Shown here piece by piece: positions 41,735 through 56,243 of a stretch of 64,000 nucleotides of DNA. Both the position numbers and the translations under genes were made by a program. The notes below the pieces were generated by a model. That model was not told the DNA's origin and made no database searches. It was given only the letters and a program-made list of their open reading frames with translations. Source of the stretch: the human T2T-CHM13v2.0 reference genome, Homo sapiens; NCBI RefSeq assembly GCF_009914755.1, contig NC_060928.1; one strand, 5' to 3'. Positions within the stretch are counted from its first letter, which is position 1; each line of letters starts with the position of its first letter.

Positions 41735-41947
41735 CAGTGGTTCTGGTGGCTGTCAATGACCTGCAGGGGACATTTGGCAATATGTGGGAACATTTTTGGT
41801 TGTCATAACTCTGGGAAAGCTGCTCTTCTCATCTAATGGATAGAGGCTGGGGTGCTGCTAAACATTCTACAACGCATAGGATGGCCCCCCACAACAAGGA
41901 ATTTTCTGTCCCAAAATGTCAATAGTGCCGAGGTTAAGAAACACTGC
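41735..41947. mobile_element. MER20 hAT-Charlie element, inside an old MLT1-like LTR (about 41370-42100)
   Basis: cagtggttct...caggggacatttggcaat...tttttggttgtcataact...aaatgtcaatagtgccgaggttaagaaacactg. Confidence 0.88.
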
Positions 41948-43879
41948 TCTGACTGCAGGATTACATCTAACAACCCAAAGAAACAGCTGAGAAGTGGAGG
42001 AACGTCAACTCCAGGTGATATTGTTTGAATCCTGGATAGAGTCAATACCTATTTGATTTTTCTGTCACTTACACCCAAAAAAATCTTACCTGACCAAATT
42101 GGTAAATATGCAACATACAGTAGACACCCCGTAAGTGGTGGCCTTTTTCATTAAAGGTTATCATCCACGTGAGATCCAGGATCAGGGGACTTCGGAATCA
42201 CAAATGTTAAGGGATCAGATGCTGTCTACATAAGAATTGCATGTTTTAGCTCCCTGCAGCACACATCTGTGCCCTCTACTGTGTCCTCAACACATTCTGC
42301 ATTTCTGATTTGTACTCAGAAAAAACAAAGATTCCAAAGATAACGCCATTTTTGTATGGAATTTGCAATTTTTCTCTAGTTTATAGCTATCATCAAAAAT
42401 TTAATGCATCTGATAGGAGATTAAAAAGTTAAAGAAAAGGTTGCAAGATTTCCACAAAATTACTAAATATTTTTCTTAAGTAACTGCCAGGCACTAGTCT
42501 CTGGAGAGCTTGATTTACCATAAATGTTTAAAATGAAAATAAAGGAGTTCTGAAAAAAAAAGAGAAACGGCTATTTAAAAATTGCTTCATAAATTAACAC
42601 ATAGGAGTGAAAGAATCTCATTGATATTTATATTCCATATTTTCCTTTCAGCTCTTGCGTGTTTGATTATGTCATGGAAGGGGACTGGATGGTATTGTAT
42701 TCTAAATTGATTGACAAGAAATTTTAAGATCTTTTTATTTGTTTTTAAGGTTGCCCATTCCCCTAAAGGTGGTTAAAACACATATACAGTATATGCCATT
42801 TCACCAACACAAACTAATTATCACATTTTTTGATTTCATAATTCTATAGTCTTAAGGTCATAATTTTCACAGTATTCTCACTCTTTTAACAGTTTGTACA
42901 TTTTCATTCCTTGGTAAGATATGATATAAATAAGACCATTATTCAGAATGAGAATTTTCTGTACTAACATCATCACCATTTGCAGCATAGAAGACTAAAT
43001 AAATATCTCCCATGAGTGACTAAATGCAAAATAAAAAGTAACCACTCAACTTTAATAGTTTAAAAAATGTTATTAAACATAATGGCTTCTTGACATTTAA
43101 GTAGCACTGTGTTTTAGGTGATCTTCATTTTTGAAGAACTACTTTATTTTCATCTTAAATATTGATGGCAAATCAAGTTCTCCAGAGTGAGAAACCACAG
43201 GAGAAAGCTCTTCGGAGAAAATAAATTACCGTGGACTCTGGAGTTCCAAGGTGCTATTTTTTAATTTTGTTTTTGTTTGGTTTTATTTTTGTTTTCTCCT
43301 GAGGCTGTGTAATAAAATCATATAAATTAACAACTTGAAAAACTGACAAAACAATCTCATTTCTCAAGATCTTCAATCCTTGCTGGATGCAGTTTTGACC
43401 ACATTGCCCTGTTCCTCGCTTTAACCTTCAGGGGGAGCCCTGATGTCTGTCAGGGACACCAGAGGAACAAAATGGCCCAGTGGGACCATCACAGAATGAA
43501 ACTCCCTGAAAGGGAGGAGACAGGCAGGGTAGGGAGGAAGTGGGCAAGTGAAGCCTTCAAAGGAAGCAGTGATCCCGTCGCTTTCTTATCCCTCCGCAGG
43601 AGATTAGCACTAGAGTCGAGCTCTAAGGGAAAAGAAAGCATTAGGGAGGCACCAAGTTGCCCAGTCCTAATTCCAGCCCAGAAGTATATGAAGGGCACTT
43701 TCAAGGTCTGTCTCTTATCGCACTCCAATTCATCAGGTTAAAAGGGAAACTCCCTGGCTATTACCTATGTGTAGCTGACATCCCAGGTGCTGTATCACAA
43801 GAACATGGTGATACATACATGACCAGCAAGGACTCAGGGTGAGTGAAGACATGAGCATAGCTTTAAAATGAGTAACATG

Positions 43880-44243
<364 letters not shown>

Positions 44244-44593
44244 TTAAGCTCTTCGAGCGCAGGGCCTGGGTCTATCTCATTCTCTACAGTACAAATATAA
44301 TTCCCAGAGCAGCTACAAAACTCAGCAATCACTTATCTCCAGGAAACAAAATGAAACCACTACTTGCTTAAAGGCTTTGAGCAAAGTAATCCAGCCTTCC
44401 TAGGTTTTAGTCTCCTTACTACAAAGAATGTAAGGGATGTAGTAAAGGATTTATCTAGTTCCTAGTAGCCCAATGGGTCTTTAAACTATGCCCTGCTAAG
44501 GTTTAAGCCTGGTAATCACAAAACCTGCAGATGTCTGTCCCATGATACGACAACCAACCACCTGGTATATATATCACTTGAGATATATATCTC

Positions 44594-44596
<3 letters not shown>

Positions 44597-44642
<46 letters not shown>
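44597..44642. repeat. (AT)23 microsatellite
   Basis: Directly visible uninterrupted run. Confidence 0.97.
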
Positions 44643-44645
<3 letters not shown>

Positions 44646-45261
44646 TTGATGTCACAATTAGGAAAAATTTAAAAAATGAAGACATTTGTCAAATTAACTA
44701 TTCCTGTCATAATCAAGAGGAATGCCAAAGCCCACCCCATACCACCTTTAAAGAGAGCTCCATTCTGGCTACCATTCAGGTGGGCTATTTTCATCTTCTT
44801 GTAGTCAACAGTATTATTGGTCCTGAGCTCTCAAAGGTTTCATTCTTGACTCACTGAACAGCCATATTTGATATTAAGCAACAGAAATAAACTTACCAAA
44901 CCATCAAATTCCCACAGAGGATAGTCTCTGTTGAGTAACATGACAGCACAGCCAAAAGATTATGGATTTTGGAGGCTCATCTACAGAGCCTGAGTCCACT
45001 AGAATGTTTGACCTTGTTGAACCACAGTCTTCTCTCCTGTAATATGGTGATAGTTCCTGCCTCACTGAACTGTGAAGATAGAATGAAATAATATATGTGA
45101 AATGTGTGTCCATAGTTAACAATAAACAGTAGCAACTGTTATTGTTTAAGGCCCGTCACTTACTCTCACATAGAAAAAAAAGAAATTACTTAAGGGATTT
45201 TAAAAAGTGTATGATGAGCTCTCTTTGGAAGACAGGAAATAGGAAGATCTGAGAAAAGACT

Positions 45262-45442
45262 GAATTTAGAATCAGAAAATGTGGAATACCTCCTCTACTT
45301 ATGGAATATATGATCTTGGGCAAGTCACTTTATCTCTCAGAACAGTTTCCTCATCTGGAAAACAAGATTGATCATGTGTCCCTAGAAAGCATTCTGTAAG
45401 TTCTAAAGCACTATTCAAATGTTTGGTGCTAATATCATTATT
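45262..45442 (+). mobile_element. MIR SINE
   Basis: tgatcttgggcaagtcacttt...cagtttcctcatctggaaaa. Confidence 0.75.
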
Positions 45443-47039
45443 ATAGTGGACAAAACTCAAGGCCATACTTACAACACAGGCTGACAACACTGTGACATTG
45501 CTGTTGACAAATGGGAAGGAGTAGCTAAAGATTTGCTACGTTGACATTCTGGAACTGGAGAGAGCGTGTTCATGTTTTAAATTAAGTCTCTCTTTTGGCA
45601 ATTAAGAAGCAAAGAATCACAATTAAAATTGCAACCAGTTGTAGATTTTCCAGCAGTCTTAGCCTCACCGAGATGGGGTGAAGGAAACTTAACTTGCTTG
45701 TATTGTGCTATACGTATTCAGAACCATTTCCTTACATGCAGCCATCAACATCTTTGACTTCAAAAGAGGCTTTTTTTCTGTGATTTCAAAGCATTTTATG
45801 TCCATACATGAGTTTAAGAAAATCACATAGCAGAAGACAAAAGAACAAAGCTTCGACAGCAGAAAAATTCATTGTAAGCCCCTTTAAACCATCACACTGA
45901 AATGTTCAGTGGAGGAAAGCGAGCTCTTGTGTATACACTGAGTGTATCAAAGGCCACCTCTGAGGTTAGTCAGGAACCTGTCTTCTTCGCAGATGTCAAT
46001 ATTGCCAGAGAGTTTCCAAGAATCCACAAATCACTATTCACAAACCAATCCCCACCAGCTTTGACAAATACTGACATTCCTTAACAAACCAGAGGGAGCT
46101 GTGTGGTGCTTTTCAGTGGATGAACGACAAGTGGGGAGGAGTTGATTGTCCACAGGAGAAGCAGTCCGGGCCATAAAGCCTAACCAGTCATTAATCTCCA
46201 GGAAATGCCCACAGCCAACGTTGTTATTGCTATTATAAACCAAAAATTAAAAGAAAAAGAGAAAGCATGTCGCTGTTTTTTATGGGTGATACAGTTTCAA
46301 TTGGCACATATTGAGCATTTCTAGACATTTAATTAAGCAATCAGATTGCTTGAGTGGTCTCAACATTCAGTGCCTTTTATAGAGTTCTTTAATGGCTATG
46401 CATAGAATTATTCTGGATACTTCATGGAGCATAGCAAGTGAAGTTTTATGTCTTCCCAAGAATAGAGTGAACTTTTCCACTGCTACTCTAGCTTAAACAA
46501 AGACTGTTGTTGTTGTTGTTGTTGTTATTGTTGTTTTGGGGTAGAGTGATTTCAGATTCATGTCTAGAAAAGTATATCCAGAGAATTAGAATAAAGATAA
46601 TTTACTTAAACCAAAAAGCATTTCACTTTACCTCTTTATAACTTCTTTCACTGAAATGCAATACCAACATCTCTTAAAATAAGGAGAGGCAGCATATTCA
46701 GTACTGTTTTCATTTATTCACTCATGCATTTCCTGGATCATAAGGATATAAACAATATCCTTTTAGAACCAAAATATGGTAGCGAACAGAATCCATAAGA
46801 TCCACATCCACACATCGAGCAGCACAGCACAGTGATTAAGAGGACTGAGACCTTGGACAAATTACTCAACCCCTCTCTACTTCAGATCTTTCCTCATGGG
46901 CTCTTGTAAAGACTAAGTGGGCAATACACATGAAAGCACTTAGAACAATGGCCGGCATGTAATGGGAGCTATGTGTTAGCCATCATTACATTCTTATACA
47001 CAGAAATAAGACAATATACAAGGGAATAAATCAATAAAC

Positions 47040-47375
47040 ATCTTGTTTATAAATAGTGATAAGTGGCACCAAAAATCATTGGAGTAGGGGTGAATTTATC
47101 AGGAATTTCTCCTCTGAGAAGTGGCATTTTTGCTTAGCCCTGAATTATCAGAATGTCTCATGATGCAAACTGAGCAGAGGGAGGCAGGGAGCATCCCAGA
47201 GAAAGGGAACACCCAGTGCAAAAGGCCTGACAGGGGGATTGAGTTTGGTGTGTTTGAGATAAAAGAAGAAGAGGGTGCTGGAATGTGGTGAGGAAGTGGG
47301 GAGTGGCCCAGATAAAGTAACAGAAGTCAGGAACCAAGTCATGTAGGACTTTGTAGATCAAACTAAGGAGGTAAA
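47040..47375 (-). mobile_element. L2 fragment
   Basis: cctctgagaagtggcattt...agggaacacccagtgcaaaaggcctga...atgtaggactttgtag. Confidence 0.75.
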
Positions 47376-47773
47376 TTTGGTCATGTACAAATTATCACCT
47401 GTATTTTCTATAATGCCTTGATAAATATGTCTAGCCATGTACATACAGCTATGAGACTGGCAAAAGTTTAGATATGAAAATTCCTAACTAATAAGGAGTT
47501 AGATTTTATTTGAAATATAATAAAACCATTGTTAATAGAGGAAGAGAGAGATGTCTGAAAATCAGGTTTTTTTTTTAAAACTGGCTTCAGGGGGTAGGAA
47601 GGGAATAAACTGAGTGTGAGGAGAAGCAGAGAAGGAGGAAGAATGAGAACTGGTCTGACCTGTCAAAACTTGTGGATTGTGTGATAATGGCCAGTCCAAT
47701 TCATGTCACCTTAACTAATTGAACATGCATTTACTGTGTGCCTACAATGTGTGAGGGCCTTGTGCTGGGAAGG

Positions 47774-48130
47774 TGTCTTAGTCCATTTGAGCTGCTATAA
47801 CAAAATACCATAGACTTAGTGGCTTGTAAACAGCAGACATTCATTTCTCATTTCTGGAGGCTGGGAAGTCCAAGATCAAGGTGTCAGCCAATCTGATGTC
47901 TGGTAAGAGCTCATTCTCCATAGATAGTGCCTTCTTACTGTGTCCTCACATGGAGGAAGGGGCAAGGCAGCTGTCTGGAGTCTCTTCTAAAAGGGGACGA
48001 ATCCGAATCATGGGGACTCTACCCTCATGACTGAATCACATCTCAAAAGGCTCCACCTCCTAAAACCATCACCTTGGGGGTTAGGATTTTATCTTATGCA
48101 CTTTAAGGGAGACACATTTACACCATAGGA
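47774..48130 (-). mobile_element. MLT1A0-like MaLR solo LTR inserted in an L2 fragment
   Basis: tgtcttagtccatttgagctgctataacaaaataccatagac...ccatcaccttgggggttagg...accatag. Confidence 0.88.
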
Positions 48131-50689
48131 ATGGGAAAAATACGGAGATAAATAAAATAGACATCTGAACTAATAGGGCCTAGATCCAGTGTGGACACTG
48201 ACAAGGAAGAGTAATAAATGGTTTTACAAGTCCTGTCAATAGAGTCCCCCATAGTAGTCACTACAGAAAATGGTCAAATCTGCTTGAGGGAGAAGAGGAC
48301 AAGAGGCTTTAGAAAGGATGTGACACTATAGGTGAGCCTTGAAATGCAAACAAGTGGCAATGGAAATTCTCTTCAGAAGTTACAGAGTGAACAGGGAAAT
48401 GGAGGTGTGAACCCACCTGTTGAGTCGGGAACTGCAGGTTGATGAGTGTAGTCGAGACATAGGCAACTTGATCAGGGTGATAAGAGGTCCCAAAGGAGAG
48501 GAGAGCATGGGTTAAATCTGGAAGGGTCTTGAATAACCCATGAAAGCGTGTGTTCTCCACCCTGTCTGTCTTACCATGTGCATTGGGAGCTAGTGAAAGG
48601 AATCATGTTTAGAAAGATTGTCCTTGGCCAGCTCCATGATGGATTAGAATAAGGAAGACTGGCAGAGGGATAAAGAAGAGAAGAGTTACTGAAAGCCAGA
48701 TGAAGGCAGTAGCTGTGGAGACAGAGAGATGGAAATAGAGCACAGAGATGTTAAGGGAAGAGAACCAGTGGACTTAATCTGTAACTGGATTTGCAAGAAA
48801 TCTCATTGGCTCCTATGTAAACTTATTTCTGAATGAATGAATATCTCCAATTGAATGATTGAGTAGGTGATTCTGCCACTTATCAAGCATTATGCAAGCC
48901 ATGGAAAAGTGGACAATAATATATAGAGGAGACAGCTACAGATAGATGTGTGTGAGAGACAGAAAGTCTATATAGGAGATATAATCCTTCCCTCAACTGC
49001 CACCTATCATCTTTTGAGGTTCTGGAGGGATCCATATGTATAACAGAGGTATTGATGTCAAAGTTTTAGTTAGATTGGCAGACTTTGGAAGGTGAGACAG
49101 ATGGTGCAGAGTCAGGAAGATTTCTTCAGCCTAGACGAGGCAGAACAACAGCCTCTCTCTGATTTCCTTGCATAGGAAGGAAGGGCTCCTCTCCCCATGC
49201 AGGAAGATGCATCTAGCCACCACCATATGACCTCCTCAGATATTTGGAAAGGACCAGTCAGAAAGCAGAAAAGGGTGTGGAGGTCACAGCCAAAAAAGAG
49301 AGATGGCCAGGTCTTCCCCTAAGCAGGAACAGTCCCAGTCCCCCAGCACTGTCTTGGCCGCTGGTAGGAAGAGGATCTAAAATAAAGGGAATCCAAATAT
49401 GGACACCAAAACAATAACCTCACCCCTTGGAACTATAGAGCATTGAAAAGAACTTTGAGCCAGATATAGCTATAATAATATTACTAATATTACCTAATGA
49501 TACTATTCTAGGGCATTCCCTGGAGTTAGAAGGGGTGGGACAAAGGACTGGGTAAAATGGCCAAGAGAGATATGTGAGTTTCCTTTAGGTAACAACAAAT
49601 AACTTGGGCATATTTTGAAGGGAAAATAACCTTTCATCTTCACCTTTTTAACAATAAACATGTTTGTAAATAGTGATAAATAGTATCAAAAAATAAAACA
49701 GTGTAATGTGATTGGAGTAGTAATTATATTTTAATGTAATCATCTGTGAAATGAATGGGTTTTCCTGCATGACTTCTAAGTTTCTGGGTCTCTACATTTC
49801 CATGATTCCAAGGGGCTTTATATTTTACTGGACACAAAATTCACAACAGAGAACTCAAAACCAGAGAAATCTGGTCACATGCAAAGTTGCAACTGTGATT
49901 TCTACTTTGCCTCAGCCTTTATGAATATGTCTGGCCATGTATGTACAACTACGTAACTATGAAGCTTAGATTTCAACATTCTCAATGTCTAAAGATGACT
50001 ATTTGTATTTTAAAAAGAAGATAACTATGTTTCCAGACTCAACAAAAATTATTAAGTGCTCTAGTCTTCTAGGCAATCAAGCCAAGAAATCGGGAGTGAA
50101 AAATTCTTTGCTACTTCCTGTGTGAAAACACTTAGTTCAATGCCCTGCATGAGTAGACGCTCCACACATGTGTTAGTAGTGAAAGAATGAACCACTCTTT
50201 CTTCTTTGTTCCTGCAGAGATTTGCTTGATTCTGTTTTAAATGCTTATTCCATTCTTCCTGGTAATAAAATGGGTTGTCTCCATGTATCTAATAGACTGT
50301 AAGATTCTTGAGGAACAAGGGGTATGCATAAGTAATCTTTGCTCTTTCACAGCACCTTGTAGCAAAATTGACTTTTGAAAAAATTCTCCTTCTTCAATAA
50401 AATAAAAGTGGGTCCTCCTGTGTTGTCCCTGGAATGAGGGGGGGCAGCTGCACACTGAGAGAGACTGTGGTCTGCATTGATCACTGAGTCCCTCCAGGAG
50501 CCACTTCTCTGTGGCTAAGAGCACTTGGTGTAAGCTCTGAGGTCTCAGAAGGAACTAGAGCTTGGGGTCGCTGTTGATCAAAACTCCATATTTGCTAATC
50601 TTGGGGAGAAGAGGGTAGAGGAGGAGGAAGGCTGTTGCCATTATCACTGTGGACCTTTGGTCAAATCAGAGGCAGCCATAGTTTTACTC

Positions 50690-52170
<1,481 letters not shown>

Positions 52171-52196
52171 CATGAGAGGTTCTAGAGTTCTGTTTT

Positions 52197-52536
<340 letters not shown>

Positions 52537-53319
52537 TAGAGTTCTGTTTTAACATGAGGACACCAATAAAGTCCAGAGACAAGATGGCTTAGTATTAGAG
52601 ATCCAAAGACTCATTTAAATCCAGCTATGCCAGTGAGTGACCTTGGGAAAGTCACCCCCACCCATTCTGGCCCTGGGCTTCGGTTTGTGCTTCTGTAAAA
52701 TGAGGGGATTGAATCAGTCAGAGGTTTTCAAATTTCTTCCTGAGCAGCAGAATCCTTGATATACACCATTGACTCAAGTGGAGTCTCTCAGGTTGAGTTG
52801 GTGGGCCCTTAATTCTTCCCCCCAATTAGGCTGCTTTCTCACCTCCAAGGCAATCTGGGGCTCCAAGGAAGGGAGTTTTGGTGCCCCTCCAACCATGGCA
52901 TTTCCAACATGCCTTCGGGGACACTGATACAATAAGCCCCTTGCTTGCACAGCTGCACACCATTTACAAAGAGCTTTCCCCCAACCCCCTTTCGCTTAAT
53001 CTGACATCCGATCATTTAAAGTAGATCAAAAGTGAGAAGCAGTTACATTTCCAGCTTTTAATGCCACAGAGTGTGGACAGCACAGAAGGTTCAGCAGCCA
53101 GCATGTTCTAAAACATTAAGATGAATTTTGGAATCCTCAAGCCAGCCAGGCTGCTGGCACTTTACAAATGTTTAAACAAATTCACTTGTCTGTTCTTGTT
53201 TCCTACTAACGTAAGAATAAATGCCTTTTTTTTAACATTACTATGCAAATTAGATCAGAGATCATTGTGGCTAGATAACTATAATAGTAGCAGCTAATAC
53301 ACATAGTCTAGAAAAAGTT

Positions 53320-53945
53320 TATTCAATGAGACCACATTTTTCATATTCTAAAATAACTTGCATTTTCATATAAGTAATACATGTTAATGATAGACCAAAG
53401 ACAAAAATTAGCAAAAAAAAAAAAAATTATTCATAATTGCACAAACCAGAGATAACTGCTCTTCACATGTGAGTGCACACATCCTTATCTTCATGTAAAA
53501 TGTAAATGTTTTCACTAAAATAGTGAAATACACAATATTGTGTATATACTTTTTAATCTGCTTTTTTCACTCAGCAGAATATTTATGATCATCACATCAG
53601 GTCAAAGAGTACATTGCAGCAACACCAATTGTTTGCTTGTTTTTTAATAGGAATATGGTTTTCCACCTATTGAATTCATGATAACTGTCATGTAGTCAAA
53701 TAATCACCTATTGTTGAAAATACTGGTGATTTCCAGTTTTTTCCTGTTGCTATATGCTTGCAGCCAAATCTTTGCCTTACTTGAGGAAATGCTGGATCAC
53801 AGTGTATGCAAATTTCTTTTAAAAATTTCAATACATTGAGTATTAAAGTGTTGTACCAATTTTATCCTCACCATCAATATGAAAGTAACCATTTCCCTTC
53901 ACTCTCTTAAAAATTGGATAGTGTCACTCTCTGTATTTTTTTAAA
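53320..53945 (-). mobile_element. Old L1ME-type 3' fragment
   Basis: atctgcttttttcactcagca...tttccagttttt...ggaaatgctggatca...gttgtaccaatttt. Confidence 0.6.
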
Positions 53946-53980
53946 CCAGGCTTTAATGTCAAAGGAAAAAAAAAAACTTC

Positions 53981-54112
53981 TAGGAGATATACCTAATGCT
54001 AAATGACGAATTAATGGGTGCAGCACACCAACATGGCACATGTATACATATGTAACAAACCTGCACATTGTGCACACGTACACTAAAACTTAAAGTATAA
54101 TATAAATAAAAA
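53981..54112 (+). mobile_element. Severely 5'-truncated L1PA (PA3/PA4-like) insertion
   Basis: taggagatatacctaatgctaaatgacg...aaaacttaaagtataat plus A-tail. TSD g(a)10-11cttc (53965-53980 / 54113-54127). Confidence 0.93.
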
Positions 54113-54397
54113 GAAAAAAAAAACTTCAGCTTTTGCATTCTTCCAAACTCAAAACCAAGGCTGCTTAGTCTTCACGTCTTTTCTTTGGGTTCTATGCTCC
54201 TTTACTAGTCTGTAGCAATGTAAGGGACACTAGGCCAATGGCTCAAGGATTTAACACCAAATCCAGTTGTGCTGATGATCTTATTTGCCTCCTACCACTC
54301 TCTGCAATTGAGCTATGAGCTTAAGCATTCATCTGAGATCCAACTTTGACCAATGGCTCCCTTAGCTTATTTCCTGGTGGCAAATCCTCTGAGGATC

Positions 54398-54772
54398 TAT
54401 GTGGGTTGAATAGTGGTCCCTCAAAACATACGTTTATGCAAAACCATGAATGTGACATTATTTGGAAAACAGTCTTTGCAGATATAATAAAGCTAAGAAT
54501 CTTGAGATGAGATCATCCTGGATTAGGATGGACCCTAAGTCCAATGACAAGTATAGAGAAAAGAAGGAGAGAAGACACAGAACGAAGAGGAGAACACACA
54601 GAGCTGAAATCCAGGGAAGACAGGCAGAGATTAGATTTTTGCAGCCAGAAGCCAAGGAACACCTGGAACCACAGAATCTGGAAGAGGTAAGGAAGGATTT
54701 ACGAGAAAAAAATTACTGTTGTTTTTAGCCACCAAGTTTCTGGTGATACTGCAGCCCTATGAAAGTAATGTA
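54398..54772 (+). mobile_element. MLT1C-like MaLR solo LTR
   Basis: gggttgaatagtggtccc...atttggaaaacagtctttgcagat...cttgagatgagatcatcctggattagg...gccaccaagttt. Confidence 0.85.
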
Positions 54773-54787
54773 AGACCCTACAAAAAA

Positions 54788-54895
54788 GTTCTATTCTGAG
54801 TGTTTCTCAGTCACTTAAAAATCCTGGTGACCAGCTCTATGACACTTGCCTATAAAGAGGATTTTTAAGTGACTAAGAAACACTCAGAATAGAAC
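54788..54895. repeat. Inverted repeat: 38-bp arms (37/38 complementary), 32-nt spacer
   Basis: gttctattctgagtgtttctcagtcacttaaaaatcct (54788-54825) vs aggatttttaagtgactaagaaacactcagaatagaac (54858-54895). Confidence 0.95.
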
Positions 54896-55362
54896 CTACT
54901 TAGACTTTATCCTATTCATTAGGCAAACATTTATTGAGCACCTACAATATAGCAGGCCTTCTTGTGGGTACTGGGTAAAAACAAAACTGAAGAAGACATA
55001 ATCCTGTAACAGACAAACAAATACCTACTGTGCAACCTACAGGGCGACTGTAGGCAGAGAGAGTGGGTTGTGGCCATGTCATAGAGTACCATATTGACAG
55101 AGTTAAAATCTTCGCCTTTATCCTGTATATAATGGAGTACTTTAGAGGGTTTTAGGCAATTATTACCCACATCCCCAGGCTCCTCTGATACTAAACTTCT
55201 CTGACATCTACTCCAGGGCCAGCCTGGACATCTGCCTGTGACCTGCAGTGGGACTCTCCTGGTTTTACATCTGCCTGCCCTGACTTGCTCTATGACCACG
55301 CTAAGTTCCTGCTACTGTTCATTCTCCAGGCCTCCATAGTCACAGTCACTGCCCCAGAGTAA

Positions 55363-55719
<357 letters not shown>

Positions 55720-55851
55720 AGTGTGCTACATTATTAATTTATTCATTCATTCGAGAATTATATGCTTACTATCTACTATTTTCCAGTCCCTGCTTGTACA
55801 AAAATGAGTAATATTCAGTCTTTGCCCTTAAGATGCTTACCATCAAAATGT

Positions 55852-56243
55852 CTACCTAATAGTCTCCTCAGGCTGCCATCACAAAATGCCACAAACTTGG
55901 TAACCTAAACGACAGAAATTTATCTTTTCACACTTCTGAAAGTCAGAAGTCTAAGATAACAGTGCCAGAAGAGTTAGTGTCTGATGAGGTCTTGAGTTGT
56001 AGATGGCTGCCTTCTCCCTGGGCCCCTATATGGCCTTTTTTGTGCACTCAAACTCCAGTTCTCTTCCCCTCCTTATAAGGACATTAGTTCTATTGGATTA
56101 GGGTTCTACCCTTATGACCTCATTTAACCTTAATTACCACCTTAAAGGCTGTGTCTCCAAACATAATTCCATTGAGGATTAGGGCTTCAACGTATGAATT
56201 TAGGGGTTTGGGAGCATGGTGGGGACACAATTCATTCCATAAC
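55852..56243 (-). mobile_element. MLT1A1/MLT1B-like MaLR solo LTR
   Basis: ggctgccatcacaaaatgccacaaac...atgacctcatttaaccttaattac...ggggacacaattcattccataaca. Confidence 0.85.

Noticed and set aside
42652-42691. Possible small exon (ttttcctttcag| ... atg|gtattg)
   Set aside because: The donor is weak and there is no other support. The same applies to the isolated acceptor at about 50217.
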